From a candidate division WWE3 bacterium RAAC2_WWE3_1 (GTDB lineage: Bacteria; Patescibacteriota; WWE3; UBA101185; UBA10185): a stretch of DNA of 64,000 nucleotides. Below the pieces are notes generated by a model that worked only from the letters and a program-made list of their open reading frames with translations, was not told where the DNA came from and did no database searches. The position numbers and the translations under genes were made by a program. The stretch covers positions 593,680-657,679 of the forward strand of contig CP006914.1 of the NCBI GenBank assembly GCA_000503835.1, in the 5' to 3' direction. The first letter of the stretch is position 1. Each line of letters starts with the position of its first letter. Below, piece by piece: positions 9,248 to 19,137 of the stretch.

Positions 9248-10225
9248 CTATTCTACCAACTTTGAGAAAATAATCCTGCCTGCCGAGGATTGTATTATCT
9301 TCGAAACTACAGCCTCTACTTCCTCACCCACGCGCTCTTTTGCCCCCTCTACTATTATCATGGTGCCGTCGGACAAATACCCGATACCCTGCTCCTTTTC
9401 CTTGCCCTGTTGGACTATTTTTATTCTTATCGATTCCCCCGGCAGCATAATCGTCTTTAATCCATTTATAAGATCATTTAAATTTAATGTTTTGACACCC
9501 GAAACCTGTGCCACCTTGTTCAAATTAAAATCCATGGTCATGAGTTTTAATTTGTGCTCTTTAGCAAAGGAAACTAACTTGGCGTCTACGCCCTTTCCGT
9601 TCGCGCCTATGTCCGGGATAATAACTTTTGAATGTTTTTTCAGTTCTCTTGCGATGTCCAAACCCCGTCTGCCCCGTTGTCTTTTTAATTTGTCTTTGCT
9701 GTCAGCAATAGTTTGAAGTTCATCCAGTACTGCCTGGATAATTATTAAACGGTGATCTAAAAAGCCTGTTTTGACTATATCTATCACTCTTCCGTCGACT
9801 AATACCGACGTGTCCAGAACAACAGCATGCTCCCAATCGGATTTTCTTTTTGAATCTTCCTCTTCAACCTTTTTCTTTTGTTTTTCACGTCTTGCTTCCT
9901 GTATCTTGCGTGACTGCTGTTCCCAAAAATTGGACACTATCTCGTTAACCACCTTGTGAATTGTTGCCTCAATCCAGTATTGTGCGCTTATTAAAAATAG
10001 GGGGAAAACATAAAAACCTATAAACCCCGAAGCTGCAGAAATTAGAAACTCCCATACTGTATGGTAGCCAAAAAAAGGAAGTTCAAAGAAAAAGGCTGTT
10101 CTTGAAAGATTGAAGCCTAGAATGAAGAATATGACCGCGAAAGCAATCCTAACCCAAATGTTAAACTCCTTCAGTTGAGGAATCCCCTTTGGTTTTTGTT
10201 GTTGTCTGTTTAATCCGTTTTCCAC
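9248..10225 (-). CDS. Membrane PIN/TRAM domain protein (YacL-like)
   Basis: VLDTSVLVDGR PIN motif, RGRRGLD, C-terminal TRAM GIGYLSDGTMIIVE; follows radA as in Bacillus. Confidence 0.9.
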   Translation of the reverse strand: MENGLNRQQQKPKGIPQLKEFNIWVRIAFAVIFFILGFNLSRTAFFFELPFFGYHTVWEFLISAASGFIGFYVFPLFLISAQYWIEATIHKVVNEIVSNFWEQQSRKIQEARREKQKKKVEEEDSKRKSDWEHAVVLDTSVLVDGRVIDIVKTGFLDHRLIIIQAVLDELQTIADSKDKLKRQRGRRGLDIARELKKHSKVIIPDIGANGKGVDAKLVSFAKEHKLKLMTMDFNLNKVAQVSGVKTLNLNDLINGLKTIMLPGESIRIKIVQQGKEKEQGIGYLSDGTMIIVEGAKERVGEEVEAVVSKIIQSSAGRIIFSKLVE

Positions 10226-11564
10226 TATTTAGATTGTATCCCATGGACAGAGCCTTTGATACAGCCTCGCTCAAACTTTTGGCAGTTTCGGGGGAGATGA
10301 TTCTTTCAAACCCGAGCTTTTTTGCTTCTTTCGATCTTTTTTCGGTGTGGGACACTCTTCTTATCTCGCCGTTCAAGCCTACTTCGCCGTATACTACGCT
10401 TTTCTCCTTTATCGGCAAGTCTTTAACGGAAGAAATAACAGCGAGGCAAACGGCTAGATCTGCGGCGTACTCACTTATCTTAAAACCCCCCGCGACATTC
10501 AGATATATGTCATGTCCGCTAAGGTCAATGCCGGTTCTTTTCTCTATCGTCGCTACCAGCACCTGGAGACGGTTGGCATTAAAACCGCTGGCAGTCCTTC
10601 TCGGATATCCGAAACTGGTTCTTACCGTCAACGCCTGTACTTCAAACAAAAGCGGCCTGTACCCTTCCATAACGACCGTTACACAGGAGCCTGAAGTTCC
10701 GGCAACATGCTCTTCTAAAAATAGCTCCGACGGGTTTTTGACCTCTTTCATGCCCTTTTCCTGCATTTCGAATATTCCGACCTCCGATACCGGACCGAAG
10801 CGGTTTTTAGTTGTCCTAAGCATTCTGAACATGTGTTGGGGATCACCTTCAAGATATAAGATGGTATCGACTATATGCTCCAGTACTTTGGGACCGGCCA
10901 CAACCCCCTCCTTATTTACGTGTCCCACAAGCACAACCGGGATTCCGGTACGTTTTGCGGCCATAGTTATAAGCTGGGTACAGCCTCGTACCTGCGGAAG
11001 TGAACCTGAAATACCGGCAATTTCTTCCGAATAGATAGTTTGAACCGAATCCACTATCACTAATGCCAGGTCTTTTGTTAATTCGAGCGCCGAGATTATC
11101 TGCTCTACTCCGGATTCCTGCAGGATAAATAAATTTTCGGCCGGATATCCCATTCTTTCTGCCCTTATTTTAATTTGATCGGGACTTTCTTCCCCCGCAA
11201 CATAAAGAATTTTTTGCGTACCGAGACTCTTAGAAATGTCCGTAAGGATAGTGCTCTTTCCTATGCCCGGCTCTCCAGCCAGTAAAACTACCTGTCCGGG
11301 AACAAATCCCCCTCCGAGCACTCTGTCGAACTCGGAAATGTTGGACGAAAGTCTTTTTATATTTTTTGTGGATATTTTGGAAAGTTGGATCGGTGTCGCG
11401 CCGGCATTTTTTCCCGCGCGGGAACCTGACCTGGAAATTTGGTTCACAGCCACTACATCCTCTACAAACGTGTTCCATTCCCTACACTGGGGACACTGTC
11501 CAACCCAATGAGAGGATTGGTAGTTACAGTTCTGGCATGTATACACCGTTCTGATCTTAGGCAT
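10161..11564 (-). CDS. radA: DNA repair protein RadA/Sms
   Basis: CxxC..CxxC zinc finger, GEPGIGKST, KNRFG motif, Lon-like C-terminus. Confidence 0.97.
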   Translation of the reverse strand: MPKIRTVYTCQNCNYQSSHWVGQCPQCREWNTFVEDVVAVNQISRSGSRAGKNAGATPIQLSKISTKNIKRLSSNISEFDRVLGGGFVPGQVVLLAGEPGIGKSTILTDISKSLGTQKILYVAGEESPDQIKIRAERMGYPAENLFILQESGVEQIISALELTKDLALVIVDSVQTIYSEEIAGISGSLPQVRGCTQLITMAAKRTGIPVVLVGHVNKEGVVAGPKVLEHIVDTILYLEGDPQHMFRMLRTTKNRFGPVSEVGIFEMQEKGMKEVKNPSELFLEEHVAGTSGSCVTVVMEGYRPLLFEVQALTVRTSFGYPRRTASGFNANRLQVLVATIEKRTGIDLSGHDIYLNVAGGFKISEYAADLAVCLAVISSVKDLPIKEKSVVYGEVGLNGEIRRVSHTEKRSKEAKKLGFERIISPETAKSLSEAVSKALSMGYNLNSGKRIKQTTTKTKGDSSTEGV

Positions 11565-11573
11565 ACTAGTATC

Positions 11574-13874
11574 TTAGCAATTTTTGGCCTTTTTGGCGGA
11601 TATATTTATATCCCCGCCGGATATCGAGGCACACAGAGACAGCGGCCTTTTCTCATGATGTAAAAGGTACTCGGCCAACGAATCTACGAGCTCTTTCTCC
11701 AGTGTCCTTCTAAGGGCTCTTGCTCCGTATTCCAGGGAGCCGCCCTTCTCCAGCAAGTACTCCTTCACCTCTTTGGAAACCGCCAAAGTAATATTTTGGG
11801 CTTTAATAGTAGTATTTATCTCCCTTATGAGTAACTCTAATACTCTTAGCTGGTTATCTCTTTGCAACCGCTTGAAAATAATGACCTCATCGAACCTGTT
11901 CATGAGCTCGGGCTTCAATATCTTTTTTAAATTATTTCTAAGTCTTCCTTCGACCGATTTGTCACTGATGGTCTTTTCCTCGAAACCTATCTCATTATTG
12001 TGCAATATCTCGGTACCCAAATTGCTGGTAAGTATGACAACCGCACGTGAAAAATCGTAAGCTGTGCCCTTGGCATCCACAAGCTCCCCCTCCTCCATAA
12101 TCTGGAGCAGGACGTTTAAAACATCCGGGTGTGCCTTTTCTATTTCGTCGAATAGCACAACACTGTCCGGTTTTGTTTCTATTTTCGATGTCAGTTCGCC
12201 ACCTTCACCGTAACCGACATACCCAGGGGGAGCACCTACCAATCTAGCAACATTATGCTTCTCCGAGAAGTCGCTCATGTCTAACCTTATGAGAGATTTG
12301 GAACCGAAGAACAGGTCGGCCAAGACCTTGGCCATTTCTGTCTTTCCCACACCCGTGGGCCCCAGGAACAAAAAGTTTCCGATCGGTCTTTTCCTTGACC
12401 TAAGCCCCAGCCTTGAGCGAACCAGACTTTTTGCGACCGAATTTACAGCCTCGTCCTGTCCAACTATCCTGGCTCTTATTTTCTCCGAAAGCAGTGACAG
12501 ATTTTTCAACCCGGCCTTGTCCTCATCTAAGTCTCTTTCTTCTCTAAAAACGGACACCGCTTCATTAACATCGTCCGAGGTCATCTTCAGCCTTTTTTCC
12601 GGAATAAATATCTTTTCCTCTTTAGAAGACAGTTTTTGGTCATAGTTTTTGATCTTTTTTCTCAGATGCAGAGCCTTTTCGTACTTACCCTCATCCAGAG
12701 TCGCCTGAAGCTGGGTAAGAACATCAAACCTTTTATCCACCATATCCTTGTAGCTTTCGGGAATTCTGCTCTTTTTGAGGATAACGAATGTACAGCAGTG
12801 GTCCATAAGATCCACGCCTTTTTGTGGAAATTTATCATCGCTCTCAAGTTCTTTGGCCTTTTTGTAAATGAGGTTAACCATGGTCTTCGTTATGTCGACA
12901 TTGTGAAATTCACTTAAATAAAGGGCGGTGCTTTCCAATATTTTCTGGGTCTCCTTTTCTGTAGGCTCTATCACCTCGATCGTCCCGAAATCCTCAAGAA
13001 TGTGTTCATTATCGGCGCCGAGCTTTTCGTATAAGGTAGAGGACATCGTCGCAATTATTTTTATATCGGAGTTGTCCAAAGCTGACTTAAACATCGAGTA
13101 AAAAATTGGCATGGAAAACCCCATAGCCGTGGCAAAAAAAGAGTTTTGAAAGTTTTTTATAAAAAGTATTACACGGTTCAAGGAACGGAGTTCATCCGAT
13201 AACTGTGCGAGACCGGTCTCTACACCGCTCTTGTTCATTAAACTGGTCATAAAAGCCAGCATGTCGAACTCTATAACCTGGTATCCCACCAGTGCGGGCG
13301 GGACGTCAAGAGAAGAGATGTTCCGCGCTAAAAGCTCAACAAGGGCTCTTTTTCCGACACCCGGTTCGCCGAGTATCAGAACATTAGGTGTGTTCTTTAA
13401 TAGAAGCGAGGCTACTAAAGATTCATAAACCGTCCTATACACAAGCGGTTTATCCATATTGCGTACTGTTTTTTGATTGAGATTTTCTCCGAAAGTGTCA
13501 AGTATGGGGGTCTTTTTATTCTTATCGATAGACTTTACGGTATTCGGGAAAACACTCAATTTTATAAGCTCGAAACGAAGCCGGTTAAAATCAGGAGAAT
13601 CACACATTTTAAAAAGAGCCAGAATAAGGTGTTCTGTCCCCACGTACATGTGTTCAAAATTTGCTGCCTGTACAAAAGCTTCGCGTGTCAGATCGTTCAG
13701 TGAAACCATTTTTCTCTTGTTAAGATTGTGAATCCCGAGCGATTGAAGGATAGTATTACCCATTCCGTTCTCTTCCGTTATAGCAACAAGAACTTTGGCA
13801 CTTGAGATAGCCTCCTTCTCAGGAAGTTTAAGCAGAACCGCTTTTGCTCTTTGTGTAAGTCTATCTATTAGCAT
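11574..13874 (-). CDS. clpC: ClpC-like AAA+ chaperone (first ATPase domain degenerate)
   Basis: Clp N-domain YVGTEHLILAL; D2 GPTGVGKTE, RLVGAPPGYVGY, LFDEIEKAHPDV; upstream of radA. Confidence 0.85.
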   Translation of the reverse strand: MLIDRLTQRAKAVLLKLPEKEAISSAKVLVAITEENGMGNTILQSLGIHNLNKRKMVSLNDLTREAFVQAANFEHMYVGTEHLILALFKMCDSPDFNRLRFELIKLSVFPNTVKSIDKNKKTPILDTFGENLNQKTVRNMDKPLVYRTVYESLVASLLLKNTPNVLILGEPGVGKRALVELLARNISSLDVPPALVGYQVIEFDMLAFMTSLMNKSGVETGLAQLSDELRSLNRVILFIKNFQNSFFATAMGFSMPIFYSMFKSALDNSDIKIIATMSSTLYEKLGADNEHILEDFGTIEVIEPTEKETQKILESTALYLSEFHNVDITKTMVNLIYKKAKELESDDKFPQKGVDLMDHCCTFVILKKSRIPESYKDMVDKRFDVLTQLQATLDEGKYEKALHLRKKIKNYDQKLSSKEEKIFIPEKRLKMTSDDVNEAVSVFREERDLDEDKAGLKNLSLLSEKIRARIVGQDEAVNSVAKSLVRSRLGLRSRKRPIGNFLFLGPTGVGKTEMAKVLADLFFGSKSLIRLDMSDFSEKHNVARLVGAPPGYVGYGEGGELTSKIETKPDSVVLFDEIEKAHPDVLNVLLQIMEEGELVDAKGTAYDFSRAVVILTSNLGTEILHNNEIGFEEKTISDKSVEGRLRNNLKKILKPELMNRFDEVIIFKRLQRDNQLRVLELLIREINTTIKAQNITLAVSKEVKEYLLEKGGSLEYGARALRRTLEKELVDSLAEYLLHHEKRPLSLCASISGGDINISAKKAKNC

Positions 13875-13935
13875 TATTTGCAAATCCCCTGCCTCGGAAG
13901 GCAGGGGATAGAAGTTCAAATCCTTAGTAAAGTAC

Positions 13936-15099
13936 TTATTTCTGTGATCTTGTACTTAGCGCAAGCTTTTGGTTGGTACCATCAACCTGTATAACGATGG
14001 CCTCCACCTCGTCGCCCTCTTTTAAAGGCCCCGCTGCCTCGGACACGTGTATAAGGCCATCCAGGCCCTTTTCTATCGTCACAAAAGCTCCGAACGGAAC
14101 AACTTTGCTGACGATACCCTTAACCTTAGTTCCTACCGGGTAGCTTTTTTCCACAGTTTCCCACGGATTTGGAGTAAGTCTTTTTACGCTTAAAGCAAGC
14201 TTCTTGCTCTGATCGTCAACTCCCAGAACCATAACTTTAACCGTTTGACCCACTGAAAAATATGAGGAAGGATTATTTACCTTTTCCCAGGCTATTTCAC
14301 TGATGTGAACCAAACCTTCTACTCCATCCAGATCTATAAAGACCCCGAACGGCATTATTCCGGTTACTATACCTTCCAGAGTCGTACCCGCGGCTATTTC
14401 CTGTAGTCTTTTCTCCCTGCTCTCGTCACTGTATGTACTCAAAGCATCTTTTTCCGACAGTACGAAGCGGTTCTTTAGAGGGTCGAGCTCTATCACCTTT
14501 ACCTTTATAACCTTTCCGGCCAAGGCCTTTAGCGACTCCTTCAACTCTGCCTCGCTTCCGGCTGCGAACTTTGCTATATCGTTTGCAAAATGGCTTCTAT
14601 CAAGGTGAGAAAGGGGGATAAAACCCCGTAATCCTAAGCAATCGGTTAAGAGACCTCCTTTGTTGTACTCGATGATGGTAGCTTCCAGAACAGAACCTGT
14701 AGCAAGAGCGTCTTCAGCACCCTTCCATTTTTTGTCCTTTTCAGCCTTTCTCAGCGAAAGGACTATGTAACCCTGCTGATTTTCGGCCTGTACAACCTTG
14801 GCAAAGATTGTGTCTCCAACCTTTAAGTGCTTAAAAGACTCGTCGGCATCCGACAAGTCTGAGCCCGAAACGACACCTTCAGACTTTGCCCCCACGTCGA
14901 GCAAAACCTCACTGTGTGAAACACTGACAACAATGCCTTCTACTAAATCTCCGGGCCTAAGATCTTTCATCTGTAGATCTTTATCGGTAAGCAGTTTTGC
15001 CATAGCCGACCCCGGCTTGTGAACCTTTGATGATTTTGACATTTTTCGGGTATTTGCTTTTTCGGGCTTCCTTCGTATTTCTACCGGAAACCTTCTCAA
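13936..15099 (-). CDS. rpsA: 30S ribosomal protein S1 (4 S1 domains)
   Basis: Repeated S1 motifs (DVGAKSEG, FGVFIDLDGVEGLVHISE, FGAFV...GLIHVSE); TTG start at 15099 with SD AAAGGAGG. Confidence 0.9.
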   Translation of the reverse strand: MRRFPVEIRRKPEKANTRKMSKSSKVHKPGSAMAKLLTDKDLQMKDLRPGDLVEGIVVSVSHSEVLLDVGAKSEGVVSGSDLSDADESFKHLKVGDTIFAKVVQAENQQGYIVLSLRKAEKDKKWKGAEDALATGSVLEATIIEYNKGGLLTDCLGLRGFIPLSHLDRSHFANDIAKFAAGSEAELKESLKALAGKVIKVKVIELDPLKNRFVLSEKDALSTYSDESREKRLQEIAAGTTLEGIVTGIMPFGVFIDLDGVEGLVHISEIAWEKVNNPSSYFSVGQTVKVMVLGVDDQSKKLALSVKRLTPNPWETVEKSYPVGTKVKGIVSKVVPFGAFVTIEKGLDGLIHVSEAAGPLKEGDEVEAIVIQVDGTNQKLALSTRSQK

Positions 15100-15220
15100 G
15101 CAAAAACCTCCTTTCTTCCTATCTTTATAGAAGGGAACGGGGAGATTATAACGTGAAAAAATGGGGAAATCCAGCCTTTTCGGGTAGTCTTGTCGCAATA
15201 GACAATAAAAGGTTAGAATT

Positions 15221-16573
15221 ATGAATATGGGACTTGAAACTATGTCTTTTGAACCTGACTCAGAAGAAGAATATCAGCAACAAGCTATGGATTTGGTTGG
15301 TGACAGAAGAAGAGCCGAAGAAAGAAACTCTGAACATCAAACCGAACCCATCGAAAGTAATAATGACATTAAGGACGACGGAGAAAATTCTGAAAAATTA
15401 TCTTCATTGGTAGAAGATGCTCTTGCCTTACAAACACTTGTAGAGGAAGGGAACGATTCGAAGAAACCTGAAAACGCAACTGATGTTGAAAATGTTCCTG
15501 CTGGAATTGAAACCAGGTACGATACTGCGGTTACCGTTACGGAAAGGCCACACCGTGCAACTTCTCCTGAGGGAATTGAATGGCAGAAAAAAGACTCTGA
15601 ATTAAAATCAGATTTGTACGAAAAAAACGAAGCTTGGGCAACGAGCCCCACACAACAAAACTACCAAGCTTATATAGAGTCGTACGACACGCTTGCGCGT
15701 CACAACACGTCGGCATGGCATAACGATGCCCTTACCAAAGAAGGTGTTTACAGCCAGTACATGACGAATGCACAAAAACCCATGATAGACAAAGTCGAGC
15801 GATCTATATTGATGTCGGGAAATTTATATTTCAATCAGACAAAGCCCGACAAAATAACAGATCAAGAAATGGAAGATATTGCGAAGACACTTATGTGGGA
15901 AAGATTAAAAAACCCGGCAGTCGTAGATTTCGAATTCGCTCAAGGGTTCAGAGTAAATTTGTGGGTGATGCGTGAGGAGACAAGAAAATTGTTGGAAGAA
16001 AAGGTACGGAAATTGGGAGGAAATAATTACAACCATCTACCACACCCAGAAGCGGACGGACACCATCCAACCCCGCCGGCAGGTGAGACTGCCGAGCCCA
16101 TAACAAACATTGGTCAGGCCGAAAGTTCAGAAGATATTGTCGAAACAACTGGACAAGAACCGGAAGAGGAGACGGGTCCGGAAAATGAGGAAACAAGATA
16201 CGCGCGGATCCTTAAAAGGATTAGAAAAAATGGAATAACGGGAGAACAAGACCGCGAAGAGTGGGCTGAAACCATCGATCACCTTTTGGAACTTAACGAT
16301 CCTGAAAAAGCACGGGAACTTGCTCAGGAACGTATCAATGGGGCGGAGAGGCTAGAGTGGGAAGGTAACAATAATAATAAGATGGTCAACGCACTTATAC
16401 TGGCTGCCGCCATTAGAAAACGGGAAGAGATGCAAAAAGATGCAAAATCCCAGGAAGATCAGAAAATATTTTTGGAACAGTATTTAAAGAATCTTCTAGG
16501 ACAAGAAGCTGATGAAAGAGAAGTTGCAGAATTTCTTAAACAAACGACAGAGTTGAAAAATGTTCACGCATAG
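15221..16573 (+). CDS. Acidic hypothetical protein
   Basis: 450 aa ORF, Glu-rich, no recognised motif. Confidence 0.7.
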   Translation: MNMGLETMSFEPDSEEEYQQQAMDLVGDRRRAEERNSEHQTEPIESNNDIKDDGENSEKLSSLVEDALALQTLVEEGNDSKKPENATDVENVPAGIETRYDTAVTVTERPHRATSPEGIEWQKKDSELKSDLYEKNEAWATSPTQQNYQAYIESYDTLARHNTSAWHNDALTKEGVYSQYMTNAQKPMIDKVERSILMSGNLYFNQTKPDKITDQEMEDIAKTLMWERLKNPAVVDFEFAQGFRVNLWVMREETRKLLEEKVRKLGGNNYNHLPHPEADGHHPTPPAGETAEPITNIGQAESSEDIVETTGQEPEEETGPENEETRYARILKRIRKNGITGEQDREEWAETIDHLLELNDPEKARELAQERINGAERLEWEGNNNNKMVNALILAAAIRKREEMQKDAKSQEDQKIFLEQYLKNLLGQEADEREVAEFLKQTTELKNVHA

Positions 16574-16596
16574 TACGCATTGAATAAAGCTTTGGA

Positions 16597-16723
16597 AACA
16601 GACAAAACCCCGGCGACGACCTTAGTTCGATGCTATAGCACGAAATGCTATGGTTCGAACGAGGTTCAGCATATTAAGTAAATTCAAACTAAGGTTATAA
16701 ATAAAAGCTACGAGAACAGACAA

Positions 16724-16740
<17 letters not shown>
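16597..16740. repeat. 26-bp direct repeat of the 5S rRNA 3' end enclosing a hairpin-rich 92-bp insert
   Basis: AACAGACAAAACCCCGGCGACGACCT at 16597-16622 and 16715-16740. Confidence 0.85.
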
Positions 16741-16842
<102 letters not shown>

Positions 16843-17455
16843 TTGTCCCCAAATGCAATATTTGGATTTCAAAAAACTTTTCAAACACTAACAACTAACT
16901 TTGTTAGAACTTTTCCAGCCCCGGAAGCGGAATATAACATAAACCGCCCTAACCGAAAACTATTAAAGCTCTCTAAAAACCAAACAGAAAGTCAGATAAT
17001 CACAAAAATTCAACAACAATCCGAAAGTTTCCGCAGAATAAATCCTGCGAAAAAATGTACTAAAGATTCACAAATAATTAGTACCGCTTGGCTGAACACA
17101 TTGCTGTGCTTACACCTACGGCCTATCAACCTGGTAGTCTCCCAGGAATTGTGTCCGCTTAAAGCGGAACGGCTCTAATCTTGAGGTTTGCTTCGTGCTT
17201 AGATGCTTTCAGCACTTATCAAGTCAGGACGTAGCTACCCAGCAATGCCCTTGGTAGAACAACTGGTACACTAGAGGTTCTGTCATTCCGGTCCTCTCGT
17301 ACTAGGAATGAGTCCTCTCAAAGCCAAACGCTCGTTGTGGAAAGAGACCGAACTGTCTCACGACGTTCTTAACCCATCTAACGCGCCACTTTAACCGGCG
17401 AACAGCCGGACCCTTGGAACCTGCTCCAGCTCCAGGATGTGACGAGACGACATCG

Positions 17456-17788
17456 CATGTAAATCAACTATCTCTAGTTGCACTGACTATATCTTCTTCC
17501 TCTTGTCTCACTTCTAAAAGTGAGAGTAGGAGTCGGCGTTTAATAAGAGTTTTTATCCCAATTTGTTGGGTACCTCCTATTTCTCCAATGACCAATACTG
17601 AGTTATATAATGGCCATTTTTTATGGATCAGTCGATACGGGGTCTTCTAATAAAATTAGAAAACTTCCCACGGTATTCTCCTTTGTTTCAAAAAGTCCGA
17701 AGACTGAATGAAATCAATTAGAAGTTCACCGTTATTAGCCGAATTTTTGGTACGAAATTACTTTCGTAGCACCCTTGATGTATGTCTA
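17456..17788 (-). mobile_element. Group I intron at 23S position 2500 (E. coli numbering), 333 nt, no ORF, canonical
   Basis: Interrupts GCACCU|CGAUGUC; IGS GGGUGC pairs with exon GCACCU; P7 UCGACUG/UAGUCA with the normal G-C binding pair; ends in G. Confidence 0.92.
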
Positions 17789-17826
17789 AGGTGCCAAACC
17801 TTGCCGCCGCTATGGACGCTCGGGCA

Positions 17827-17864
<38 letters not shown>

Positions 17865-18186
17865 AAGTTCCGGGCCTACCACTAGGCACACGGAAGATCA
17901 CTAAGCCCTACTTTCGTATCTGCTCGACTTGTAGGTCTCGCAGTCAAGCTCTCATATACCTTTACGCTTACAGCGCCATTTCCATCGGCGCTAAGAGAAC
18001 CTTTGGGCTCCTGCGTTATCCTTTAGCAGGAATCCGCCCCAGATAAACTGCCCGCCAGGCATTGTCCCCTCTGCAGGTAATGCAGAGTAGTTAGGCTCTC
18101 AGAGCCAAAAGAGAGGTGTTTCATTGACGATACATACAAGTATGGATCTCCCTCCTACACTACACATTTAACACCGATTACCAATA

Positions 18187-18223
<37 letters not shown>

Positions 18224-18300
18224 AACAACGAGTAACCGGCATCTTCACCGGTAGTTCAATTTCACCGAGCTCGTGATTAAGAGAGTGCTCAAGTCGTTAT

Positions 18301-18334
<34 letters not shown>

Positions 18335-18343
18335 GATTACGCT

Positions 18344-19137
18344 TGTAATCTTCACTCGCATTTCTGCGAATTCTGGACGGTCCTTCCCTGAGAACCAATC
18401 CCTGCATGTCGCCATGCAGACGCCACTATCTCTTCTTCTGATCCAGCAGAAGCCCGACGTATAGTGAGTGGGGATTCTAAGAATTTGGGTCGCACTTTCC
18501 GATTCATCCTCATAGCCAGAGCGGCAATTTTGAATAAACCGGATACTTTGAGATGCTCTCTGTTTTTGATCATTGCCATCACCTGGCAGAATATTGCAAA
18601 ATCCTTCTTCTTATCAGACCTTAGTGAGGTTTGAGTAAAAAATGGGATTATTACATTTTGCAGATCTCGGATTGATCTAACGCAATATCTGTAAAGATCT
18701 TCATTGTGGTTATTATGTCTTCTGTTGAGATAAACATTTCCACAACCGAAAAAATCTTTGAACAAATATAAAGCATCCTTGCTTCGTGCTCCCTGAGTTA
18801 TTATAAATTCAGGAAACACTTGCCAGCCGTTTTTGCTTGTGGAGTTTTTTAAGATGCTAACTGTGAAAGCACCTTCTCCATCTGTAAAACCAACTAGCCA
18901 CCCTTCAATTCTTAGTCTTTCCTGCTGATTGTCCGCACTTGATACATTTTCACTTTGCACACCCGGATACTATCCGAATATGTTGAGTAGTCCAAGATAC
19001 TTTCCTCTATTTTAATTAGAGCCACCATGTCTTTATTGCATAAAGCATGGACGGAGTTTCCAGCATATAGTCAGGTTGCGTTTGGGCATATCCAAACGGG
19101 GTAGATCGAGCTACCCACTATGGCGGCGCGTAAATTC
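18344..19137 (-). mobile_element. Group I intron at 23S position 1931, 794 nt, with homing endonuclease; 3'-terminal A and C-G flipped P7 binding pair
   Basis: Interrupts CUAUGGU|AGCGUAAU; P1 GCCAUAG (19118-24), P10 UUACGC (19128-33), P AUGCUGGAAA, Q AAUCAGCAGG (18921-30), P3 CCUGAC/GUCGGG, P7 CUCACUA/UAGUGG, P9 CUGCAUG-GCGA-CAUGCAG. Confidence 0.92.
18352..18960 (-). CDS. Single-motif LAGLIDADG homing endonuclease (I-CreI-like)
   Basis: WLVGFTDGEGAF motif, FIITQ, FFGCGNV, IIPFF..LRSDKKKDF; lies inside the L1931 intron. Confidence 0.93.
   Translation of the reverse strand: MQSENVSSADNQQERLRIEGWLVGFTDGEGAFTVSILKNSTSKNGWQVFPEFIITQGARSKDALYLFKDFFGCGNVYLNRRHNNHNEDLYRYCVRSIRDLQNVIIPFFTQTSLRSDKKKDFAIFCQVMAMIKNREHLKVSGLFKIAALAMRMNRKVRPKFLESPLTIRRASAGSEEEIVASAWRHAGIGSQGRTVQNSQKCE

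Noticed and set aside
10189-11034. 281-aa plus-strand ORF and similar antisense ORFs over housekeeping genes
   Set aside because: Antisense shadows of well-supported genes such as radA; no motifs or initiation signals
18341-18345. Alternative 3' splice site for the L1931 intron at the next G (18342), which would restore omega-G
   Set aside because: It would delete conserved 23S A1932-G1933 and disrupt P10. The flipped P7 pair independently fits omega-A, which also argues against a single sequencing error.
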